A DNA stretch of 64,000 bases from positions 91,644-155,643 of the forward strand of contig PBKS01000001.1 in the NCBI GenBank assembly GCA_002722155.1, read 5' to 3'. Every line of letters begins with the position of its first letter. Position 1 is the first letter of the stretch. This DNA comes from Chloroflexota bacterium (GTDB lineage Bacteria > Chloroflexota > Dehalococcoidia > Lucifugimonadales > UBA826). Below the pieces are notes generated by a model. It was given only the letters and a program-made list of their open reading frames with translations. It made no database searches and had not been told where the DNA came from. The translations under genes were made by a program, and so were the position numbers. Positions 10,501-20,146 of the stretch are shown here, one piece after another.

Positions 10501-11075
10501 GTTTCCTTATTTAGCTGTAACAAACCTTGATTTATCTCAGGCAGTTCTGGGACGCCGCCATGCTGCATTAATTCTAAATAATAGGTTCCAAAAACCTCTT
10601 TATACCAACCTGCTACTTTTTTCGCCTCACTATACCTACCTTGCGCAATCAACCAGGGCACTTCGCCACTCGGGCAACCTGACATTACCGCCAATCCAGA
10701 AGAGTGTAACTCAAGCAAATCTCTATCAACTCTAGGACGTCGATAATAACCTTCTAGATGAGAGGATGTCACTAATTTAACAAGATTTTTGTATCCAATT
10801 GCGTCCTTAGCAAGAACTGTAAGGTGATGAATCTTATCCGCTGGATTACGATCATAACGGCTGCCTGTGGCCACATACATTTCACAGCCAATGATTGGTT
10901 TTACACCTTTATTTTTGGCCTTCCTGTAAAAATCAACCGCCCCATAGAGGCCACCGTGATCTGTTATGGCCAAACTATGCATTCCAAGATTAGCGGCCTT
11001 ATCCAGCAATGGATCTAACCTTGCTAGACCGTCTAGCATGCTGTACTCAGTATGCACATGTAAATGAGTGAACAA
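7497..11075 (-). CDS. dnaE: DNA polymerase III alpha subunit
   Basis: PHP HLHVHTEYS, RGSAA, PDIDMDF, GLLKMDFLGL, YAFNKAH, OB fold; no intein-sized insertion. Confidence 0.98.
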   Translation of the reverse strand: MFTHLHVHTEYSMLDGLARLDPLLDKAANLGMHSLAITDHGGLYGAVDFYRKAKNKGVKPIIGCEMYVATGSRYDRNPADKIHHLTVLAKDAIGYKNLVKLVTSSHLEGYYRRPRVDRDLLELHSSGLAVMSGCPSGEVPWLIAQGRYSEAKKVAGWYKEVFGTYYLELMQHGGVPELPEINQGLLQLNKETKIPLVASNDSHYVDQQNAIDHEVLLCIQTNTNIHDERRMRFEEDSYHLKTHDEMMALFPDSPEAVKNTEMVAELCELELDFSQARLPEFPVPEGMTSDQYLAEICWKGYEEKVRNKSEEYKSRLEYELKVIEQTSFPDYFLVVWDIARFVRENDIFFTVRGSAAASLVLYCLGVTDVDPMPFKLVFERFLNIERKEMPDIDMDFQDDRRQEVINYCSARYGREHVAHIITFGTFGARQSVRDAGRALGMSLESVDRVAKMIPERLNIDLESSMHESQDLNNVYQTSPDVQKLMDTAKQLEGVTRHKSLHAAGVVISKEPLNDVVPLEFTSRGDDDGAVMTQYSMEPVAALGLLKMDFLGLVNLTVLDECLKLIEINYDEALTLQSIPLDDQVTFDMLSRGETVGVFQLESAGMTRHIKELKPSTLGDVAAMIALFRPGPMDHIGTFIDGKHGRREVTYIHPAMEEILEETYGVIVYQDQVLHIAREFAGYSLGEADIVRKAMGKKDPEIMAEEKTKFITGSLDKGHPETLAVQVFDLIEPFAGYAFNKAHSVSYGMVSYWTAYMKANYPAEYMASFMNSYMDKKDRLIAAVADCRRMGIEVLAPDINKSYSKFTIEDDVDSKKAIRFGLAAIKNIGSEALKPFLESREENGPFLSVEQLCRDGDISSLNRKAIECLVMSGAFDNFGDRTGILGVSDRINSLAQDEANIRNSNQSTMFEMLGDSVDTSLSSIEIPFSSTSDHQKRLWEVELMGMSISGASNLGKLLSGFGKDVSVMLTQLQGVNGSKSVVLAGQISTVVDRFTRDNRPFKLINVEVLDGSLEAVVWEDVLNRTSDLWNPGRIIKMKGKLRERDGEVTISVTDANEINLDSIFEEGEPQIRETSDNGSGLPLNNMDKESKTTEIQNGNHQDTTKSSVSRKKLIMSIRESNDVGTDQMLLDDLKRLLLASSGNDEVGIEIETDSSIVLMEWPPVKIDATPELESKLSEVIGSSGKVSIQSLMF

Positions 11076-11208
11076 ACAAAGCCCCTTGCGATTTTCTTAG
11101 GCAATACGGTCAAGACATTAAATCTAAAATGAACCGTGTACAGTTTGATTATAGTGCCACATGTATCTCAGTGCGCAAGGTATGCAATCAATTTTAATGG
11201 GTAATTCT

Positions 11209-11243
11209 AAAAAAAAGGCCCCCAGACTAAACTGGAGGCCTTT
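11209..11243 (-). terminator. Rho-independent terminator of groES-groEL
   Basis: Minus strand GGCCTCCAG-loop-CTGGGGGCC followed by a T8 run, about 20 nt after the groEL stop. Confidence 0.85.
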
Positions 11244-11264
11244 AAATTACTAGAAACTTTTCTC

Positions 11265-12875
11265 TTAGTAATCCATCGGAGGCATGGCCGGTGCTGGCGG
11301 CGCTGCTTCCGGAATGTCGCTTATCAAGGATTCGGTAGTCAGAACCATGGCTGCCACGCTAGAAGCATTCTCTATAGCAGCTCTTGTTACTTTTGCTGGA
11401 TCCATAATACCTTGCTCTAGCAGGTTTCCATAAACTCCAGTCTCGGCATCGTATCCGTAGTCTCCGTCACCTTTCAAAGTTTCAGCTAATATAACTTCAC
11501 CTGAAACACCGGTATTTTCGGAAATTAGCATAAGAGGTTTTACAAGCGCCTCTTTCAAAATGTTGACGCCTGTCTGCTCGTCGCCTTTCAAATCTACACC
11601 GTCCAGAGCTTCTCTAGCTCTAATCAAGGCTAATCCGCCGCCAGGAACAATACCTTCTTCAACAGCAGCTCGTGTTGCTGAGAGCGCATCTTCTACTCTG
11701 TTCTTCTTTTCTTTGAGTTCTACTTCTGTGGCTGCTCCCACTTTGATTATGGCAACACCACCAGACAATTTTGCAAGTCTTTCCTGAAGTTTTTCTCTAT
11801 CAAAATCAGAAGTTGTCTCCTCAATCTGGGCCCTTATCTGATTTATTCTTCCCTGGATTTGGCTTTCGTCCCCATGACCTTCTACAAAGGTGGTTTCCTC
11901 TTTGCTGGCCACCACTCGGCGAGCTCGGCCAAGGTCTTCAACAGTTACCGAATCAAGCTTTCTTCCAACTTCCTCACTTATTACTACACCGCCGGTCAAT
12001 ATTGCCATATCTTCCAACATAGCTTTTCTTCGATCACCAAAACCTGGTGCCTTCACGGCGAGTACATTTAATGTCCCTCTCAACTTATTTACTACTAGAG
12101 TTGCTAGGGCTTCTCCTTCGATATCTTCGGCAATAATTATTACGTTCTTACCGATTTGCAGTACTTTCTCAAGTGCTGGAAGAAGATCCGATACCGCGGA
12201 AACTTTCTTATCCGTAATCAATATGTATGGGTCTTCAATTGATGACTCCATCCTGTCTTGATCACTAATGAAATATGGTGAAATGTAGCCTCGGTCAATC
12301 TGCATCCCCTCTACGAATTCTTGTTCGTAATCAAGTCCTTTTGACTCCTCAACGGTAATCACTCCGTCTTTACCAACTTTTTCCATCACGTCAGCAATTA
12401 GGTTACCCATATCATCATCATGAGCGGATAAAGAAGCTACTTGCCCAATCTGGACTCGTCCTTCTACTGATGTTGACATACCCTGCACCGCAGAGCGCAA
12501 AGTTTCAACACCTTTGTCGATCCCTCTTTTAATAGCCATCGGATTAGCGCCAGCGGCTATATTCTTGAAACCTTCGTGGATTATTGCTTGCGCCAATACC
12601 GTTGCTGTGGTTGTACCGTCTCCCGCAACATCATTGGTTTTGCTGGCCGCCTCTTTTAAAAGTTGGGCTCCCATGTTTTCAAAGGCATCTTCTAGTTCGA
12701 TTTCTTTTGCTATAGTCACACCATCGCTGCATACCTGTGGTGGCCCGAACTTCTTGTCCAGAACAACATTTCTGCCCCTAGGACCTAAGGTGACACCAAC
12801 GGTATCCGCCATGGTATCGATACCACGCTTCATAGCAGCTCTGGCTTCTTCACTGAAAGTGAGCTGTTTAGCCAT
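11265..12875 (-). CDS. groEL: Chaperonin GroEL
   Basis: [42 protein letters not shown]. Confidence 0.99.
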   Translation of the reverse strand: MAKQLTFSEEARAAMKRGIDTMADTVGVTLGPRGRNVVLDKKFGPPQVCSDGVTIAKEIELEDAFENMGAQLLKEAASKTNDVAGDGTTTATVLAQAIIHEGFKNIAAGANPMAIKRGIDKGVETLRSAVQGMSTSVEGRVQIGQVASLSAHDDDMGNLIADVMEKVGKDGVITVEESKGLDYEQEFVEGMQIDRGYISPYFISDQDRMESSIEDPYILITDKKVSAVSDLLPALEKVLQIGKNVIIIAEDIEGEALATLVVNKLRGTLNVLAVKAPGFGDRRKAMLEDMAILTGGVVISEEVGRKLDSVTVEDLGRARRVVASKEETTFVEGHGDESQIQGRINQIRAQIEETTSDFDREKLQERLAKLSGGVAIIKVGAATEVELKEKKNRVEDALSATRAAVEEGIVPGGGLALIRAREALDGVDLKGDEQTGVNILKEALVKPLMLISENTGVSGEVILAETLKGDGDYGYDAETGVYGNLLEQGIMDPAKVTRAAIENASSVAAMVLTTESLISDIPEAAPPAPAMPPMDY

Positions 12876-12941
12876 TACTTCCTCCTACTTTTTTCAATCA
12901 TGGATGTTAATTTCTAATGTGATTGTTATTTTTTGTGATTG

Positions 12942-13235
12942 TTATTTTTTAAATAAAATGTCGTCTTCTCTGAGCACCAAATATTCTATGTCGCCCTCTT
13001 TGTACTCTGTACCAGCATACTTAGAATAAACAACGGAATCACCAACTTCTAATTCCATCGGTACTCTGGAGCCTTCGTCAGTCAGCCTACCAGGTCCCAC
13101 CGCAACAATTGTGCCTTCCTGTGGCTTTTCTTTAGCTGTATCGGGTATGTAAATACCACCAGAACTCATTTGTTCCTCACCTTCCAAGGGCTCCACAACT
13201 ACTCGGTTACCCAGCGGTTTGAAAGAAGTAGTCAT
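12942..13235 (-). CDS. groES: Co-chaperonin GroES
   Basis: KPLGNRVVV, GGIYIPDTAKEKPQEG, SKYAGTE. Confidence 0.98.
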   Translation of the reverse strand: MTTSFKPLGNRVVVEPLEGEEQMSSGGIYIPDTAKEKPQEGTIVAVGPGRLTDEGSRVPMELEVGDSVVYSKYAGTEYKEGDIEYLVLREDDILFKK

Positions 13236-13335
13236 GAAAATAAACCTCCTACTCTACTTAATAAAACCTATTTTGTTTGAACGCAGTATCTTTTCTCGCT
13301 TAAACACACTATCCCACGAAAAAAAAGCGCAGTTA

Positions 13336-13365
13336 ATGGTAAATCAGCTACAAAATCATTGTCAA
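13336..13365 (-). promoter_or_regulatory. Putative sigma70 promoter of groES-groEL
   Basis: TTGACA-N18-TACCAT on the minus strand; no CIRCE element seen. Confidence 0.5.
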
Positions 13366-13417
13366 TATAAGGGTGGTTAAAGTGGAAAGTTTAATAGGTG
13401 ATTTTAGAAGGTAAATT

Positions 13418-13897
13418 CTATTTTTCGAAAGTCATCCACTTACCAGTGTAAAACAAAAGCGGGGAGCCTTCCGAGAGCACTATTTCTTCAACTTTCCCTA
13501 TAAATACTGTGTGGTCTCCTTCAATATGGGCACTTACAACTTGACAATCCATCGAAGCAAGAGAGTTTTCCAAAAAGGGGATTCCCGAAGGTCTTATATC
13601 AAACGCGGCTGGAGTTTTCTGATCTCCTGAGTTATCTGACTTTGCGTAATATTCACCTATTGGTTTTTGTTCCGCTCTCAATATATTGATGGCAAACCTA
13701 CCAGACGTTTTTAAGATAGGATAAGTTTTAGCTGAATGCCCCACACAAACCATAGACAACATAGGCTCCAAGGAAACAGAAGCAATGCCATTGGCCGTCA
13801 TGCCGTGTACCGTGCCGTCTTCTTCTACTGTGGTGATTAAAGATACCCCAGTAGCAAAACTACCCCAAGCTTTCCTAAAAAGATCAGAACTAGTCAA
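13418..13897 (-). CDS. Flavin reductase, HpaC/NtaB family
   Basis: FATGVSLIT, GMTAN, SVSLEP, GDHTVFIG. Confidence 0.92.
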   Translation of the reverse strand: MTSSDLFRKAWGSFATGVSLITTVEEDGTVHGMTANGIASVSLEPMLSMVCVGHSAKTYPILKTSGRFAINILRAEQKPIGEYYAKSDNSGDQKTPAAFDIRPSGIPFLENSLASMDCQVVSAHIEGDHTVFIGKVEEIVLSEGSPLLFYTGKWMTFEK

Positions 13898-14016
13898 TGA
13901 GAACCTCCAGAATAACGGAAATTATGCACTTAATATCTCTCGACAATATAGCAAATTATATAGAACCAAACCCTAATTTCCTATGCCAATATCCACGAGT
14001 CTTACGAGGCTCTTAA

Positions 14017-14046
14017 TTGACACCAATTCTTCTAGACAAATAGAAT
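14017..14046 (+). promoter_or_regulatory. Putative sigma70 promoter of the Lrp-domain/ACAD cluster
   Basis: TTGACA-N18-TAGAAT about 65 nt upstream of 14111. Confidence 0.55.
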
Positions 14047-14110
14047 TCACTTATGACAACTTACGCAACCTCTTGGTGTTATATTTACCTAAGAAATAGG
14101 TTCTGGTGAA

Positions 14111-14356
14111 ATGGTGACTACAGCATATATTCTAATAGAAACAGCCGCGGGTAAGGCAAGTGAAGTCTCCGACGCATTGAATGCCCTTCCGGAGGTAGTC
14201 ACTGTGGATGCAGTGATTGGACCTTATGACATAATTGCCGTCACAAACACAGAAGGACAAAATACAGTTGGTGATTTAGTAATATCAAAGGTACATGTAA
14301 TTGCCGGAATAGTCAGAACGGTTACCTGTCTAGCTGTTAATCCAAGTACAGAATAA
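14111..14356 (+). CDS. Stand-alone Lrp/AsnC ligand-binding (RAM) domain protein, no HTH
   Basis: AYILIE, VIGPYDIIA, GIVRTVT; 81 aa. Confidence 0.88.
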   Translation: MVTTAYILIETAAGKASEVSDALNALPEVVTVDAVIGPYDIIAVTNTEGQNTVGDLVISKVHVIAGIVRTVTCLAVNPSTE

Positions 14357-14404
14357 TAAAACATTAATTCTCCGAGTAAACAATGACGACTTAAGGATCT
14401 AAAT

Positions 14405-15577
14405 ATGGATTTCAAATTTTCAGAGGAAGAGATTGCTTTCAGGAATGAGCTATCGGAATGGTTGAAAACGGAATTAGCTGAGCGCCCCAGCAACGAAAAT
14501 AATGATCCAGACCAAGACTGGGCTTTCGGTCTGCAAATGCGCAAAAAGCTCGCTGATAAAGGTTGGCTTACAATGGCCTGGCCTGAGGAATACGGTGGGC
14601 AGGGTGTATCGCATATGATGCAAGTTGTATTTGCAGAAGAAATGTCATACCACAGGGCTCCTGGAAGGGATGTATTTGGCACCCGAATGATGGCACCGAC
14701 TCTCATGATCCATGGAACAGAGGAGCAAAAGCAGCAATTTCTCCCACCAGTCTCAAAAGGAGAGGTCCAGTGGTGTCAAGGATATTCAGAGCCAGAATCT
14801 GGTTCTGACTTGGCCTCTCTCCAAACTCGGGCTGTGGAGGACGGTGACGATTTCATCATAAACGGAACAAAAATATGGACATCCAGCGCCCATAGAGCCG
14901 ATCATATTATGGTCCTCACCCGTACAGATCCAGATGCCCCCAAGCATAGGGGTATAAGCTTTCTTCTGTGTGATATGAACACCCCAGGTTTGACTGTAAA
15001 CCCAATCATCAATATGGCAGGAGATCACAGCTTCAATATGGTTACCTTCGATAACGTTAGGGTACCCAAAAAAAATTTGGTAGGAGAACAAAACCGAGGC
15101 TGGTACGTCGGCGCTACCTTGCTTGACTTCGAAAGGTCTGGAGTTGATTACTCGGCGGGTGGCCGGAGAATTCTTGAAGAACTACTCGACTATGGTAAAA
15201 GCAACGAACAAAATGGCACTACGATATCCGACAACCCTATCATGCGAAACAGATTGGCAAATCTAGCCATAGAAGTTGAAGTTAGCCGATTAATTTCATA
15301 TAACATTGCGTGGATGCAAGGTGAGGGTCTTGTACCAAATAAAGAGTCCTCAATGGGGAAAGTTTTTGGGACAGAACTCCAACAACATTTAACTGAAACT
15401 GGGATGCAAATGTTGGGCCTGCACGGTCAACTGGAACCAGGTTCCAAATACGCCCCCCTTGAAGGCAGAATTGAACACCTGCATTTAGCCAACATCTCAG
15501 AAACAATAGCTGCCGGCACTTCTGAAATACAACGCAACATAATAGCCACTCGAGGGCTTGGGCTACCTCGAGGATAA
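14405..15577 (+). CDS. Acyl-CoA dehydrogenase, catalytic subunit type (FadE26/FadE29-like)
   Basis: WPEEYGG, WCQGYSEPESGSDLASL, LDFERSG, AGTSEIQRNIIA.RGLGLPR. Confidence 0.92.
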   Translation: MDFKFSEEEIAFRNELSEWLKTELAERPSNENNDPDQDWAFGLQMRKKLADKGWLTMAWPEEYGGQGVSHMMQVVFAEEMSYHRAPGRDVFGTRMMAPTLMIHGTEEQKQQFLPPVSKGEVQWCQGYSEPESGSDLASLQTRAVEDGDDFIINGTKIWTSSAHRADHIMVLTRTDPDAPKHRGISFLLCDMNTPGLTVNPIINMAGDHSFNMVTFDNVRVPKKNLVGEQNRGWYVGATLLDFERSGVDYSAGGRRILEELLDYGKSNEQNGTTISDNPIMRNRLANLAIEVEVSRLISYNIAWMQGEGLVPNKESSMGKVFGTELQQHLTETGMQMLGLHGQLEPGSKYAPLEGRIEHLHLANISETIAAGTSEIQRNIIATRGLGLPRG

Positions 15578-15621
15578 TGAAAGTAGTAGAATCAACTACC
15601 TCAATTTGAAGGAGAAATAAC

Positions 15622-16797
15622 GTGGATTTTAAATTCGAAACAGTGGACGAAAATTTTCGCTCAGAAATCAAGGATTTTGTCGATGCAGAACTACCTTGGA
15701 ATTGGAGAGAGGAAGACCTAGACCCAGAAGACGCGAAAGATTCTATATTGGTCCGAGAATTTAAAAGGAAGCTCGGAGATCAGGGTTGGCTAACCATGGC
15801 TTGGCCCAAGGAATATGGCGGACAAGCTGCAAGCCACATGAGACAGGTCGTTTTCAATGAAGAAATGGCCTACCGTGGAATATCCGCCGGTGATGCCGGC
15901 ATTAGGATGGTGGGACCCATCCTAATGCTCTACGGCACGGATGAACAAAAAGAACAGTTTTTGCCGAAAATTGCCAGCGCTGAAATCAACTGGTCTCAAG
16001 GGTACTCTGAACCTGATTCTGGTTCTGATCTGGCCTCGCTCCAAACCAGGGCAGTGGAAGATGGTGATGACTTTGTGGTCAGCGGTTCAAAAATATGGAA
16101 TTCTGCCCATGCTGATTCTGATTGGATGTTTATGTTAGTTCGAACTGAGCCTGACGCACCGAAGCACAGAGGAATAAGCTTTGTTCTTACTGAACTAGAA
16201 GGCCAAGAAGGAGTTACCATTGAAAAGATACCCATGATGTGGGACGCATATAGGGGTTTGGTCACCTTTGACAATGTCAGAGTTCCCAAGAAAAACTTAG
16301 TAGGGGAACAGAATAGAGGATGGTACGTCGGTGCCGCTCTTCTCGATTTCGAAAGATCCGGGGTTGATAGGCCGGCGAGGGCCAAGAGAGTACTGGAAGA
16401 TCTTGTTGCTTTCTGCAAAGAAAATAAAAGAAATGGGAGACTTCTTTCAGAAGATCCCATCATAAGGAATGAACTCGCTGATCTAGCTGTCCAGATAGAG
16501 ACCACCCGATTGATGTGTTACAACGTTGCCTGGATGCAAAGTCAAGACCTAATCCCCAACAAAGAAGCGTCAATAACGAAGGTCTATGGAACAGAAATGA
16601 TAAACAGGTTGTATGGATTAGGTGTGAAAATCATGGGTATGTATGGACAGTTAGACCCAGACTCCAAATGGGCCCCACTGAGGGGTCGCATCGAAAATGC
16701 CTGGCTCCGTTCATTCGGTGGCATGGTGGCCGCCGGCACCTCAGAAATACAAAGAAACGTAATAGCCCAAAGAGGATTGGAATTACCGAGAGGTTAG
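15622..16797 (+). CDS. Acyl-CoA dehydrogenase, second catalytic-type paralog
   Basis: QGYSEPDSGSDLASL, LDFERSG, AGTSEIQRNVIA; highly similar to the preceding gene. Confidence 0.92.
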   Translation: MDFKFETVDENFRSEIKDFVDAELPWNWREEDLDPEDAKDSILVREFKRKLGDQGWLTMAWPKEYGGQAASHMRQVVFNEEMAYRGISAGDAGIRMVGPILMLYGTDEQKEQFLPKIASAEINWSQGYSEPDSGSDLASLQTRAVEDGDDFVVSGSKIWNSAHADSDWMFMLVRTEPDAPKHRGISFVLTELEGQEGVTIEKIPMMWDAYRGLVTFDNVRVPKKNLVGEQNRGWYVGAALLDFERSGVDRPARAKRVLEDLVAFCKENKRNGRLLSEDPIIRNELADLAVQIETTRLMCYNVAWMQSQDLIPNKEASITKVYGTEMINRLYGLGVKIMGMYGQLDPDSKWAPLRGRIENAWLRSFGGMVAAGTSEIQRNVIAQRGLELPRG

Positions 16798-16843
16798 TAA
16801 CTCCAACATTTAGATAACAGTTTAACTTCACAGGAGACAAGGA

Positions 16844-17968
16844 ATGGATTTAGGATTAAATGAAGCGCAACAAATGCTCAAAACCACCGCACAGGATTTT
16901 CTTGCAGCAGAATGCCCAGATACCTACGTAAGAGAAATGGAAGGAGATGAAAGAGGGTACACCCCAGAATTGTGGGCCAAAATAGCTGAACAAGGGTGGC
17001 TGGGTCTTATAATCCCCGAACAATACGGAGGGGTTGAACTAGAATTTCAGGATCTAGTGGTCCTCTTAGAGGAGATGGGTAGATATATGCTACCAGGGCC
17101 TTTCTTCTCAACAGTGGTTCTAGGTGGCATGTCGATAATGGACGCTGGTAATGAAGAACAAAAGCAAGAATTTCTCCCAAGAATTGCTGAAGGGCAAATC
17201 ATTATGACACTAGCTCTAACCGAACCCAGTGCTAGGTGGGACGCGGCTGGCGTGGAACTAACAGCAACTCAAGATGGCGATTCATATACCTTGAGTGGAA
17301 CAAAACTATTCGTTCCCAATGCCCACGTCTCTGATTATATGGTTGTGGCTGCCAAAACAGGAACTGGCGATGAAGACATAAGTTTATTCATTGTTCCTAC
17401 CCAATCTGATGGCATCACTCAGACACTTTTAAAGACTATCGCTTCAGACCGGCAATCAGAAGTTGCATTCGACAATGTTAAAGTACCGGCATCCGCCCTA
17501 TTAGGAAGCGAGAACAATGGCTGGAATACAATTAATAAAGTAATGCAGTGGGGAGCCATTGGAAAATGCGCTGAAATGTCCGGCGGAGGACAGCAAGTAT
17601 TAGATATGACTGTAGACTATGCGAAGCAAAGGACACAGTTTGGACGACCCATTGGAAGCTTTCAAGCAATTCAACATCATTGCGCTAACATGGCGACCGA
17701 CGTTGAAGGTTCCAAATTTATAACCTACCAAGCAGCTTGGCGCCTATCTGAGGGGCTTCCTGCAGAGAGAGAAGTTGCAATGGCGAAAGCCTGGGTAAGT
17801 GATGCATACCGCAGGGTCTGCGCACTAGGTCACCAGTCACATGGAGCCATTGGGTTTACAAAAGAACACAACATGCAATTATATTCCAGAAGAGCAAAGG
17901 CATCAGAAATAATGTTTGGTGACACAGATTTTCATCTGGCAAGTGTAGCGGACATTTTAGGTTTATAA
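16844..17968 (+). CDS. Acyl-CoA dehydrogenase, partner subunit type (FadE27/FadE28-like)
   Basis: EEMGR, ALTEP, RTQFGRPIGSFQAIQH, HGAIGFTKEH. Confidence 0.9.
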   Translation: MDLGLNEAQQMLKTTAQDFLAAECPDTYVREMEGDERGYTPELWAKIAEQGWLGLIIPEQYGGVELEFQDLVVLLEEMGRYMLPGPFFSTVVLGGMSIMDAGNEEQKQEFLPRIAEGQIIMTLALTEPSARWDAAGVELTATQDGDSYTLSGTKLFVPNAHVSDYMVVAAKTGTGDEDISLFIVPTQSDGITQTLLKTIASDRQSEVAFDNVKVPASALLGSENNGWNTINKVMQWGAIGKCAEMSGGGQQVLDMTVDYAKQRTQFGRPIGSFQAIQHHCANMATDVEGSKFITYQAAWRLSEGLPAEREVAMAKAWVSDAYRRVCALGHQSHGAIGFTKEHNMQLYSRRAKASEIMFGDTDFHLASVADILGL

Positions 17969-17980
17969 GTTTTAATTAGG

Positions 17981-18024
17981 TTGTCGCGCCCCCTTAAGTG
18001 CAGAGAGCGCGACAATCATGTTTT
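17981..18024 (+). terminator. Putative terminator hairpin after the ACAD cluster
   Basis: TTGTCGCGC...GCGCGACAA inverted repeat followed by TCATGTTTT. Confidence 0.6.
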
Positions 18025-18212
18025 CTAGTACCAAAACACATGCATTTTTAATTAGTATATTTTCATAAAGATATACTTGATCTATAACCAGTTGAGAATC
18101 CCGAAACTGTACCGATACATGGAATAGACCTATCTGTTATAACAGCCAACCGTGATTCCTAAATATTGCCTATTTCGGATGAGGAAAAGAATAGTAACCT
18201 AAACTGAATTAC

Positions 18213-19478
18213 CTACCTATTTTTTCTTGGCTGTTTTATACACAAAAAAAGAATTACGCCTGGCATCGTCATGAGGGAGATTATACGAAATCCTATAGAA
18301 TAGCTGTAATGATCAGCGATATACCCTACAAGCACCGGTCCCACTACCATACCAATCATAGCGATTCCTTGAGAGGTTCCCATTATCAGTGGGAATGATT
18401 TCCTACCAAAATAATCTCCCCTCATCGAGGTTATAACAGGACTTCTAACTCCCCATGAAAAACCTTGGATCACCGCATAAAGGATGATCAACGGATAATT
18501 GTAAGCAACCGCCAAAATCCAAAGGCCGATGCAGTGTCCCAGTATAGTTCCCGAAGCGATAATGTTCTTTGAAAATCGGTCAGCTAAAGCGCCTCCAGAT
18601 AATTGACCAAACATATTCACCGCTGTCAACAACATCACTATTTTTGCGGCCGAATCTCTAGAGAATCCTAGCGAATCCTCTAAATAAGGCACCTGATATA
18701 GTCCTGTAACAGACACAACCAACAAAGCTTGAGCATGGCCGATAGAAATAAACCAAAAAGCTTGGGTTTTCAAAGCATCAGTCAGACTAAAGCCGTAATC
18801 CGATAAATCTTCTTTCCTATCTTCTTCAGTAACCCGTGTTGGTAAGTTTTTTTTCGATACCTTCCGAGCACTCTCCAAAGTCCTACCATCGGGCAAATAT
18901 CCATACGGTTCAGGGTTAAGTCTCACAAGGACAGAAATTGCACTACCCACAATAATAATAAAAATACCTGAAGCGATAGAAACTTCTCTCCAGGTAAAAT
19001 TATTTAAACCATAAGCAAGTATAGGGGGAAATATAATTCCACCTAATCCTAAGCCCAACATAGCAATTCCAATTGCCTTGGCTCGATTCACTTGAAACCA
19101 ATTGTTTAGGCTAGCCATAACAGCAATAAATGCCGGAGGCTCAGCGCCAGTTGCAGTAATAATGAAAGCCAGGTAAAAAGTAAATACTGAAACAGACTTC
19201 CCAATTAAAACAAATCCGATTCCAAATATTAGGAATGAAAAGAACACAACTCCCTTGGCGCCAAATCGCTGGATTAAATAGCCGATAAGTGGTCCAACAA
19301 GAGCACTCTCAATTCTCGAAATCGAATAAGCTCCGGATAACACAGTCCTATTCCAAGCAAAATGGTTCCTAATGGGTTCAAAGAAAAAACCAAATCCATT
19401 AAAAAACAAACCGCTAGAAATAGCCATGGAAACGCATCCGGCAAATACTATCCCCCAGCCATAAAAAACTCTTCTCAT
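18213..19478 (-). CDS. MFS transporter (start ATG 19478 or 19490)
   Basis: About 12 hydrophobic segments, FYGWGIV N-terminus, GALADRFS, GDYFGRK. Confidence 0.9.
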   Translation of the reverse strand: MRRVFYGWGIVFAGCVSMAISSGLFFNGFGFFFEPIRNHFAWNRTVLSGAYSISRIESALVGPLIGYLIQRFGAKGVVFFSFLIFGIGFVLIGKSVSVFTFYLAFIITATGAEPPAFIAVMASLNNWFQVNRAKAIGIAMLGLGLGGIIFPPILAYGLNNFTWREVSIASGIFIIIVGSAISVLVRLNPEPYGYLPDGRTLESARKVSKKNLPTRVTEEDRKEDLSDYGFSLTDALKTQAFWFISIGHAQALLVVSVTGLYQVPYLEDSLGFSRDSAAKIVMLLTAVNMFGQLSGGALADRFSKNIIASGTILGHCIGLWILAVAYNYPLIILYAVIQGFSWGVRSPVITSMRGDYFGRKSFPLIMGTSQGIAMIGMVVGPVLVGYIADHYSYSIGFRIISLMTMPGVILFLCIKQPRKNR

Positions 19479-19757
19479 CAACCTTCTCATATATACAAAT
19501 TTATTAGCACTTGCCGAACACTCTAGTAAGAAAATCAAACAAACGTGATTATCTTACTAAAATCAAGAGTTGACTGCATATTGTGTATGAATTACTCACA
19601 AAGACAGAGATTTCCAAGCAAGTTGCATTTTAATAGGAACATATAGATATATTTCATTAAGGAGATATTTGTTGTAGCATTGAGACACTACTCTGCCTGC
19701 GGACTTGTGCCGCTTCCTGGAACCGTGGCTCTATATCATTCATCGGTAGAGCTTTGT

Positions 19758-20114
19758 ATGAAAAAAATAAGTCGCAACACTCAGTTGAAAGAAAGGATCG
19801 ACCGGTACCTAGACAAATCCCTTCAGGAGGCGCCTAGTGAAACAAATAATAATCACCTGACCGTTGTAAACTGCTTATCATATTATTGCCCGTTCTCCAG
19901 AAAATGCGCTAACAAAACCGAGAGACCTTCCAAAATTCCCATAAGAAAATGCCTGAGATTTACGCCAAAGGATGATACGGCTGTCTTTCCGCTATCGGAG
20001 TTTGCTCTAGATCTTTTATCTGTCCAAGAACAAAAAGGAGAACCAATCTCCAAACAGACTAAACTACTACTTGATAAGTACAGACCAAATGGGCCACTAA
20101 AACAGAGGATATAA
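19758..20114 (+). CDS. Hypothetical Cys-containing protein (start ATG 19758 or TTG 19680)
   Basis: ORF fills the gap before the SDR gene; C-x4-C-x5-C-x14-C; no family recognised. Confidence 0.5.
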   Translation: MKKISRNTQLKERIDRYLDKSLQEAPSETNNNHLTVVNCLSYYCPFSRKCANKTERPSKIPIRKCLRFTPKDDTAVFPLSEFALDLLSVQEQKGEPISKQTKLLLDKYRPNGPLKQRI

Positions 20115-20146
20115 TCCTTATTTAAATATCATTATCAGGAGATAGT

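Noticed and set aside
11130..11142. Possible LexA box (GAAC..GTAC) upstream of dnaE
   Set aside because: The spacer is 3 nt rather than the 4 nt of GAAC-N4-GTTC, and I saw no matching boxes before ruvC, uvrB or rarA.
19504..19530. CIRCE-like TTAGCACT sequence
   Set aside because: Only one half-site, and it is not upstream of a heat-shock gene. groES has no CIRCE either.
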